The notes beneath the pieces are model-generated. The model was not told where the DNA came from, did no database searches, and saw only the letters and a list, made by a program, of their open reading frames with translations. Positions 55,194 to 64,000 of a DNA stretch of 64,000 nucleotides are shown in pieces; within the stretch, counting starts at the first letter, position 1; every line of letters starts with the position of its first letter. A program made the translations under genes and the position numbers. This stretch comes from the human T2T-CHM13v2.0 reference genome, Homo sapiens. Location of the stretch: assembly GCF_009914755.1 (NCBI RefSeq), contig NC_060926.1; one strand, given 5' to 3'.

Positions 55194-55848
55194 GTGACAA
55201 GAGTTATGATGTCAAAACCATATGAACTCATGATTGATCTAAAATTATTTGGGAAACTTTCCCATTTCAAATTTCCATTGAGAGAGAGAAAGAGGCCATG
55301 CAGCAACTTCATTCAAAAGAGAAAAAACAATCCGTTTTTTTTTAATTGCCCTGAAATAAATTCTCTATTTTCCTTTCTATGTAATGCTAAAAAGATTACT
55401 GTCTTTCTGATGTCTTTGGCATTTTCTTTCAAAATCAGATATTTTAATTTCCCTTTCTCTTGGTTATTTTTTTCCCTATTCTAATCAAAATCAATGGCTG
55501 ATGTTAGCACGTTTTTCATGCTGCAAGTACAAAGCAGGGTAGACATGCAGGCTGATGGATGGCCTCTGGGATTCTCAGGTCTTTCCTGAAGCGAAGTTGG
55601 CCCTGAGGAAATGTTGAGGGTTGGCAGAGAGGCCGGTACTATCTGTTGGGTACTTGCAAGCTAGAGATATTATTATCACTTCCATGTAGAGGAGAGAAAA
55701 ACAGAGGGTCACACAGATGAGGTAAGTTGCCTGAAGCCAGAAAATGGTGGAACAGAGAAGATTTATTGGAAAAAAATATTGAAGCCTGTTAACAGGAGGA
55801 ATAGGTTTTGCCCAGGTGAAAATAAGTAGAAAACATACTCCTAAGGTG

Positions 55849-56400
55849 TGTCAACCTAAAAAACAAACAGAGCCTCACCAAAATCTGATATTTATTCAGG
55901 AATAGGGCATTGCAATGGACAACCTGTGGCATAGTAAACTATGTATGTATTCACAGAGGTAAGGGAAGCCAAAGGATTTTAAGGAAAAACTGAGGAGTGT
56001 TACATAATTGTTTTGAGGTAATTATCCTTAGCTACAAGGATCAGTACCAAGGGCGACACCAGTGTAAGGTTGGACAGGCAATTGCTGGGCTTGTGTCTTC
56101 ACAGAAGTACCTGATAGTCCAGAAGTTCAAACAGAAACCAAAACAAAGTATTTGTCAATCAAAGTGACAAGCAAGAGTGGAGTTTCTTTAGTTTTGTTTG
56201 TTTGTTTGTTTTGTTTTGTTTTGTTTTTGAGTAATGTTGCAGTGGCCTTTGTCCAAGGTTGGGGTTTTCAGAGACTTTTGTGATACTTTTTGTTATCAGG
56301 CATTCATGTATGAGAGCCTTCCCTTTGTCGCCATCTTCAACTCTTTTTGTCATTTTTTTTAAACACAGATAACTACATTTTGAATCTGAAAACTTTCGCA
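55849..56400 (-). mobile_element. ERV1 MER4-group solo LTR (MER92/MER90-like) carrying an insertion
   Basis: tgtcaacctaaa ... cattttgaatctgaaaactttcgca; TG..CA termini and 4-bp TSD ggtg (55845-48 / 56401-04). Confidence 0.8.
56106..56180 (+). repeat. Direct copy of 54560-54628 inside the LTR
   Basis: 5 substitutions plus one 6-nt indel over 69 aligned nt. Confidence 0.95.
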
Positions 56401-56404
56401 GGTG

Positions 56405-56575
56405 TATCACCTTGGGAAACTTAGGAAACTTATTGAGCATGATTTCTTTTAGTCTCAGTTTACCAATCTGTAAAATGGGGATAATAATAGAAATCTGCTG
56501 TAGAGATAATATATGAGAAGTGGAGCTAAAGATAAAGCCCAATGCCCGTCGTGAAGGAGACAAATAAATGCTAAT
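56405..56575 (+). mobile_element. MIR
   Basis: agtctcagtttaccaatctgtaaaatggggataataatag. Confidence 0.75.
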
Positions 56576-56874
56576 TGCCCTGTAGAAGCAAATGGGTTTA
56601 TGTGGAATCCTAAAAGGTTAGCGAGAAGGTTCAACACGTTTCTTATTTCAGGCACCATTTTCTGTGTTACTTAAGACATTGGACTTGACCATAAGGCTGG
56701 ACATTGACGTACTTACTTCTGCTACCAAAATAATTTCCTGTCTCTAACCAAGTCTCAAACTGACCACATTTAAGTAAAGTTCTTCATCTTCAGTCTTCAA
56801 CATCATCCCTTAGCAGCATTCCTAGTCAAAGAAGGATTTAAAGTTGGAGGAAGTTATGATATTTTTTCTAATAT

Positions 56875-57313
56875 TATTTGATTCACATTCATATATATTT
56901 TTAGAGCAGATATAGGTTGAAGGGTCAGGCACTCTTCTAGGCAAAAGCTGAATGAAATGGACAAAATCCCCATTATTGGGGAGCTTAAATTTTGGTGTGG
57001 GAGACAGATAATACAAATTATAAACAAATAAAACATGCAATGTTATAAAGTGAAAATGCTAAGACATTAATCAATGAGAAGAAATTAAGTTGGGGAGGAG
57101 TCAGACGAAGCGTAGGAGGGGTAAAGACTGAGCTTGAGGTCTTAGATTAGGTAGCTCTGAAAGGTGTCATTGAGGTGACTTTCCATGCAGATACCTGGAG
57201 AACAGAGCGTCATACCAAGTAGAGGGGATAACAGGTGCAAAGGCCCTGAGGCCCAGAGTGTTCAGGAACATCAAGAGGCTGGTGAGCTTGGAACACGGTG
57301 AATGAGGAGGAGG
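56875..57313 (-). mobile_element. L2a
   Basis: caggcactcttctaggc, gggagacagataat, gtgcaaaggccctgagg, gtgttcaggaacatcaagaggctggtg. Confidence 0.75.
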
Positions 57314-57560
57314 CTTGTTTTCTCATTTTCTGCCCTAAGAATATCCTTCATGAGGTACGGAGCACTTGGACCAACAATCTGAAATAAATGGATAAGGAGT
57401 GACTTGCCTTATTCGTGAAACAAAATGATTTTGAGTTAGAGGCAGACTCTGGGTTCTCTCCATGGTATCATTCCAGTGGAACTTGGTCTTCAGCTGTTCC
57501 TCACAGTTGGTTTCATTCAGAGTCATCAAATCATTGTTCACCCTTCATGTATATGAGAGA

Positions 57561-58424
57561 TGTAAGGATTTGGAAAAACAAACTCAGTTTTTCCTACTCT
57601 ACTGTCACAACACCGTCAACACAAAACACTTCTGAGACCCCAGATGTGTGGGAGTTTCCCCCCACACACTAAGAGATCAATTTTGCAGCAGATTCTTCAG
57701 CAGACACCAGCTGGGTGTCCTCTACGTCAATTCGGTTCTGACCTAGAGGTAGTGTCAGATCCTACAGGTTGAGGGCTCAGTCCCATGAGGCTGTCCCTCA
57801 CTTCAGATGCCATAGCAAGCACAGGTTGTGGCCTGTGCTTCTGACCAACCAGCTATAAATCAGCATTCCCACGACCCTTTCCTCAGGTCCGATTAATTTG
57901 CTAAAGTGGCTCATAGAGCTTGGAGACATACCTTACTTACATTTACAGTTTATTATGAAGGATATTACAAAAGATACAGATGAATAACCAGGTGGAAGAC
58001 ATGTGTTAGGGCAAGGTACGGGGAAGGGGAGTGGAGCTCCTATGCCCTCTGTAGGCGCACCACCCTCCAAGGAAGCTACACAAGTTCAAATTATCTGGAA
58101 GCTCTTCCAAACTCAGTCCTGTTAGGTTTTACTGGGAACTTCATTATGTAGACATGATTGATTAAACCATTGGCCGTTAGTGAGGCGCCCAACCTTCAGC
58201 TTCTATCCCCTACCAGGAAGTTGGGGGTTGGGGCTGAAACTCCCAATCCTCTAATCATGCCTTGGTCTTCTGGTGACCAGCTCCCAAGCTGAATTTATCT
58301 AGGGATCCCCAGCCACCTCATTAACATACAATAGACACTCATCACTCTGGAAATTCTAAGGGTTTTAGGAACTACATGTCAGGAAACAGAGAAGAAGATC
58401 AAATATGTATTTCACATTCTCACA
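57561..58424 (-). mobile_element. MER21 (A/B-like) solo LTR
   Basis: gacaccagctgggtgtcctct, caggttgagggctcagtccca, catgattgattaaaccattggcc, ctctaatcatgccttggtc; TG..CA termini; flanks agaga/agagg. Confidence 0.88.
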
Positions 58425-59446
58425 AGAGGAAAATTTTATAAGCTTTTCTAATCTGTGGGCATGTGTCTGTAATAATTCCATTTAAATATAATTAATGCCT
58501 ATCTCTGGTATAACAAGGATTTTTGCTTGCCATTCCTCACTAAACTGTGGGGAGAAATTCAGGCCAACTGAACAGGAGACGGATTGTGACTGAATAAGAC
58601 ACCATACCCTGGAGTTGAATTTCAATGGAATGTGATTCACACAACTACCTTCTGCAGAATGCTCCTTCCTTTTTATTGAGATGTAAACGGATTATGTCTC
58701 CATTCGAGAGCACTTTTGCTTTCTCTAGATGGCTGCAAAAGTGTCTTCTTCAGGCCTTTCCATCAGTGCAAGTTCAAATATTGCTGTCCCAGTGGATTAA
58801 AAGTTCTATTTGTTGATTTGTTTGTTCCATACATTTAAGATTTTGAAAGAATTTTAAGGGCTTTTGTATCAGGCACAGGCATTACGATTACATTTTAACC
58901 TCACAGTGACCTGAAAGGTATATTGTCCCATTGCATAGACAATAAAGCTTTGAGAAATTTAATACGTTCTTCCAAAATGTATATAGTACAGAAGAGCCAC
59001 TGTTTCCTTGGTGAAGGTGTTTGCTTGTAGGTGTAGAGTGTTTGGCCAGTTCCTTCCCCACTTGGGGCACAGCCACGATAATGCAGAGAACAGCAATCAT
59101 ACTTGCCCTCTTAAAGAAAAAGGGAAAGCCTCATATTTCTGCAGTGCATTTAGGCACATCATGGCTTCCTGCCTTTCAGTGATCAAATTGTTTCTTAAAT
59201 ATGAGACTTGTTCTCAGAGTTATACAATGAATCCTATGCTAATCCACTGTAGAACTGCCATTTTGTTCTTTCCTCCCTGTGGTTTAGACTTTCTGATTCA
59301 CACAGAGCTTGAAACTTAAATGTTCTACATATATTTAAAATAGTGTTTCACAGAAATGTATTAATAGGATAGTCTTACTAAATAATTGGGGGTAATTTAT
59401 CCCTAATTTATGTGAATCAATAAATGCATGAGTGATGTAATTGCAA

Positions 59447-59478
59447 ACGTACACACACACGTGCACATGCATATGCAT

Positions 59479-59513
<35 letters not shown>
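59447..59513 (+). repeat. (CA)n / alternating purine-pyrimidine tract
   Basis: acgtacacacacacgtgcacatgcatatgcatgc followed by ~16-17 CA units. Confidence 0.95.
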
Positions 59514-59516
<3 letters not shown>

Positions 59517-59559
59517 GTTCTCACTCTTCTTTGATATGAGAGATGTAATTATCATGTAG

Positions 59560-59743
59560 ACCCAGGGGCAGTTTTGCACTCCAAGGGACATGTGGTAAAC
59601 GTCAAGCATTTTTGGTTCCCAAAACTGGGGCAATGGTGCTACTGGCATGTATGTGTAGAGGCCAAGGAAGCTGCTAAACACCCTGTAGTGTACAGGACAG
59701 CCCCCACCACGAGAATGATCCAGCCCAGAAGGTCAACAGCACC
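59560..59743 (+). mobile_element. MER20 (hAT-Charlie)
   Basis: ggtgctactggcat...gtagaggccaagga.gctgctaaaca.cct...caggacagcccccaccac.agaat.atccagccc. Confidence 0.88.
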
Positions 59744-61099
59744 TATTTAGACTTGCCTATTTTTAATATTACCACCTTTACTGGAAGCTTGAATTTGGAA
59801 TCATGCTATCCTAGAAAATATTTCTGTTCTAATATCAAAAATGCTTTAAAAATACAGTTATTACATGCATAGTTTTAAATAGTGCATTATAATACAAACA
59901 TACTAACACTAATTGGGGAAAAATGTAGATTTTTCTCTGTTGGAAACCTAAAATATAACGCTTTTTAAAAAATCTTAAAAATACTTGTTTTCCTAGATTT
60001 CTCCTCCCTCCCCCTCTTTTTCTTTATTTTTTCTTTCATTTTGTGAGCTTTCAGACTCAATAAGCCTTGCCAGTCTGTGATGTGTAAAATTATCTTTCTC
60101 TGGCCAGAGGGAATTATATCCTTCTCAGCCTCAATTCAACTCATCTGTCAGCCTTTACTGAGTACCTGTTGGGTGCTCAAGCTTGGGTGGTGAGTACAGT
60201 GGAAAGAAGGGAGTAATGCAGGGACTCTCCAGCTGAAATACTAGTACAGAGCAGCAGCGGGTGGTGACTCAGGCCTCAAACTGCCAAATGCAAAATCTAC
60301 TTTGATTCCCACTTCCACATGAACAGGCCTTCACTGAAGTTCGCATAGGGTAAGGTTTTACCATTGAGATGCATATTGTTTTTTTCTTATGGAAGAGAAG
60401 GATAGTTTTAACTTAGGGAATTCAGTTGCATTCATTTCATAATAATGATACTAAGACATTCGGGCCATACATTTTGACCGTATATTTGTCTTGCACGGAT
60501 TACTTGGGTCAAAGTTAGGGAGAAGGAGCTCTGCCACAGTTATTCATCAGGAGAGCCCTGGCTTTCGACATCGGCCACCCTTCCCATTTCCTTTGTTTGG
60601 GATGTGTGTTCCATCAAGAATTTAAGCCTTGTTCATCTGTCATCTCTGGCAGTTAGAAGTTTGCATCTAACCTGTGCTGTGAGAACTAAATTGTTCTCTG
60701 GCCACGGGTACCATATAATAATGACTATCATCAAGGGACACTACTCCCCCTTCCCCACCAATAGTTCTGAAGATCAAGTCATGTAAAGCGTTAGTCACCA
60801 GTTGCCTTCATCTTTTAGTCCAGAATCAATAGACAATCCATTGTTACCAGTCTAGAAGCCTTAAGTAGGATGCTAGGGGAGAAAAGAGTTTGATTCATAT
60901 CTGTCCATTTGCTTCCCAGTCTACACAGTTGCTCATAAGTGCTGTAAGAGCCACCAACTACTGATGAGGAGCAGTTGGAAACACGCCTCTAGGCTTTTCC
61001 TAGAGCAAAATAGTATTAATTCTGGGGTCACTAATTCTTCATCTTTTCATGGTGCTTCATAATCTTCCATTAACAATAAGAGCTAACAGTGAAACAGGA

Positions 61100-61290
61100 A
61101 CAATTTTAAATAGTTTGTGTATTATCTCATTTATACCCTGCCAGCAATGCTCTATTTTATCATGCCCTCTTGACATAAAGAAAACTGAGTCTCAAAGAGG
61201 TTAAGTCATTTGCTCAATGTCAAGACTTTTGTAAATGGCCAAGTTCATCAGATTTTAATTCAAGGAGTCTGGCTCTAGAACCTGCTCACC
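61100..61290 (-). mobile_element. MIR
   Basis: aagaaaactgagtctcaaagaggttaagtcatttgctcaatgtca. Confidence 0.7.
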
Positions 61291-61360
61291 TGTTGATTAT
61301 TCAGTGACACATCCCTGAGGGAATCACACTCTTGGATGAAAGCAGTGTGATTTTCTGATA

Positions 61361-61652
61361 GGCCGGACACAGTGGCTCAAGCCTGTAATCCCCGAGACTC
61401 CAGAGGCTAAGGTGGGAGGATCACATCAGTCCAGGATTTTGACCAGCCTGGGCAGCATAGTGAGACTTCATTTCCAAAAAAATTAAAAAACTATCCAGGT
61501 GCAGTGGTGCCTGCCTGTAGTCCCAGCTACTCATGCGGCTGAGGTGAGAGGGTTGCTTGAGCCCAGGAGTTTGAGGTTAGAGTGAACTATGATCATGCCA
61601 CTGTACTCCAGCCTGGGTGACAAAGCAAGACCCTATCTCTAAAAAAGGAAAA
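61361..61652 (+). mobile_element. AluJ (Jo-like)
   Basis: Diverged dimer, ttgcttgagcccaggagtttgagg, flanks ctgata. Confidence 0.93.
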
Positions 61653-61864
61653 CCCTGATAACATGAGTGTGGGCCTGTGGAGTATGAGATTTAGAACATC
61701 ATTTCGGTGTCCCAGCACAGAACCCAACCTTCTTGATTGGTTGGTTGCTTTACATATTGGGGAAAATTAGCTGCAAGTTTCAAACCTAAAATGTTTAGCT
61801 CCCCTAGTCCCTAGAAAATAAAATACCAGAATTGGATGGGGCTTTGAAATTATTTAATTTTGTT

Positions 61865-62110
61865 TGTTAATTTATTTATACCTAGCTAATTACAGAAAGG
61901 ATTTGAAGTGGTTTGTGATAAAACTACAGTACGACAAGACAAAAAGAAAGTGAGAAAATCCAGGAATGGGAAAATAAGTATTTAAAAAAAAAATACTAAG
62001 ATAAAGCCAGAGATATCAGGCTTTAAGGCCCTGCACACTTACAAGTATCAGACCGCATATTTAAATATCAATTCCTAGCAACTAATGCAGAGAAAGGAGC
62101 TTGGCTAGAT
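61865..62110 (-). mobile_element. L4/RTE-like ancient LINE 3' fragment
   Basis: atttatttatacctag...agaaaggatttgaagtggttt; ttcctagcaactaatgcagagaaagg (recalled similarity only). Confidence 0.4.
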
Positions 62111-63748
62111 GTTGACTTATATAAAGCAAAACCTTTTACCTTTTACGCAGTAGGAACTTAATTGTTCATGGTACTGAGACATTGAAGCAGACATGAAATA
62201 TAACCTGAGACTTTGTGTTCTCATCTATAACTGGAGATGTTGCATCCGATGACCTCTAAGTGCTTCTCCATCTCTAAGTATCTAAGACTCATGCCTTATT
62301 CAAACTTAATGAACACCTTCCAGTTTTTAAAGGGAAAATTATCTGTGTTTTCTTAGATTTGCATTTCTTTTTCTCATCCTAATTTCTTTTTCTTCTAGAC
62401 CCAGTAACTCTTGTTGTTCTATGATTAAGTAAACTATGCAGGAGAAAAGCATCCTGGAGAATCACAAAGAGGATTTGCACTACATTGGTCCTGAAATGAC
62501 ATTGTCATTTTTAAATGCAAGTTTAAAAATGCAAGTTTTTAACTTGCTCATATGAGTAAATGCATATACTCATATTTCATAGGGACGATTTGTCACATGA
62601 CATCATCTAATTCTTTTGAAGGCTCAGAAAAGAAACAGGGCTATGACATTGATTAGTACTGGTAATATCAACCTCATTGGTCTTAATATTTTTAACTCCA
62701 AAGCCCTCTAATTGCAAAAATTAGGCTCTTAGTGATGCATTTCCTCTGAAATTATAGCAGTTATTACTGAAATTTCTAATTGTTTTTATTGATTCTACAA
62801 TTACATTTTGAAACCTTATTTGTAATATTTATATGGATATTTATAAACCTCATTATAATTATGTAAACATATTTAAAATCGTTTTTAAGATTTTTTAAAA
62901 GTAAAATATAATGTTAAGAGCAAAGGGCTATAGTGTGAATTTGTCTTACACGCATCATATGCATGTTTTGCTAATTTGGATAGATTTCAAGTTTTTCACA
63001 CTGCTTGTTTTAGAAAAATAAGCAATTAGAAATTAATTTAGAAATAAAAGCTGCATGATCATCATTTTGTAGTCACACTTTAGTAAATAAGTAATTAACT
63101 GAAATATTTAAGTTGCAATATTACTTATTCATTTTGCTCATCGTTTACAAATCAACAAAGAAACAATTCTTTCTTTCTTTTTTTTTTAACAGTCAAACAT
63201 TCTGTGCTGTCTTCCTCGATATATTCTGAATGGGCTCACTTGTTTTCACTAGGCTTTGCTTGGTATTAGAATTTGTGGTTGATGCGGCTCATTTATCAGC
63301 CACGTATGGAGAGATTCTGAAAGATGTTTTGTCATTTTCCACTGTCAAAATGATACATTCGCTTCTGTCCTGGTTTCTTTGAAAGAGCTTGAGTTGCACT
63401 TATTTTGCAGGGTAAAGCATGGAAATAAATGATACAAAACTAAGTAAACAGAGGGGAAAAAACAGGACTCAGAAAACCAAAAAATAGGGGGCTTCATTTT
63501 TAAGCACGCATTTTTAGACTAAGGGGAGATAAAATAAAATGTCCATAGCTACATTTTTTTAGGATTGATCCGGTTACCTACTTGCATCCTGACTATTACA
63601 GTGAGTCTTCAATTCTTGTGGATACAGATATGAAAAGAGAAGTAACTTTCCCAAGTTATGGTGGGAGAATAGTTTATTTGATCTTTTAGTTTTCCCTGCT
63701 TTGTGTTTTCTGGGTGTAATTTTTCAGCTATTTTATTTGTTCACTTAC

Positions 63749-63915
63749 CATGAAAATAGGAAAGAACTATGATGTGACACTGACACCTGTAACTCGCTAA
63801 CAGAGTCTGCTTATTACAGACTCCTAACTCTAACATGTATTCCAGAAGACAGTTGGAAAACACGGCCACAGTACACAATAGACTTGCTTTGTAATTAAAG
63901 TCATTCTTATAGACC
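63749..63915 (-). other. Candidate antisense exon (167 nt)
   Basis: Minus strand actgattttcctag|GGTCT ... TTTTCATG|gtaagt. Confidence 0.3.
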
Positions 63916-64000
63916 CTAGGAAAATCAGTTATTATCATAATGTAAAGCAATTTTATCGAGCAAAAGCTTACTTTTTCAGAAAAGAAAATGTCCAGTCAAA

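Overview
Primate (most likely human or great-ape) non-coding genomic DNA: AT-rich, CpG-depleted and full of interspersed repeats (about 18 Alu/FLAM copies including three AluY, L1M/HAL1/L2/CR1 fragments, MIRs, solo LTRs, hAT/Tc-mariner fossils). I recognise no protein-coding gene, RNA gene, CpG island or CRISPR array. The supplied ORFs are Alu/LTR/L1-derived or chance ORFs. Frequent T-tracts and 3' splice-site-like motifs on the + strand suggest, by inference only, a large intron of a + strand gene that I cannot name. The most notable observations are two local templated insertions inside transposons within 6 kb. One is a near-exact copy (56108-56179) of a 66-nt frame-preserving candidate exon (54562-54627) inside a solo LTR. 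The other is a 134-bp inverted copy (50668-50801) of 52721-52854 splitting a FLAM/Alu monomer. Also seen: two UGC-preceded candidate microexons (36 nt and 21 nt), an Alu whose A-tail is replaced by a G-tract, a CTCF-like site with upstream motif, a twin-primed L1 and a MADE1 hairpin. Repeat subfamily names come from recalled consensus sequences, not a RepeatMasker run, and the boundaries of old repeats are approximate.
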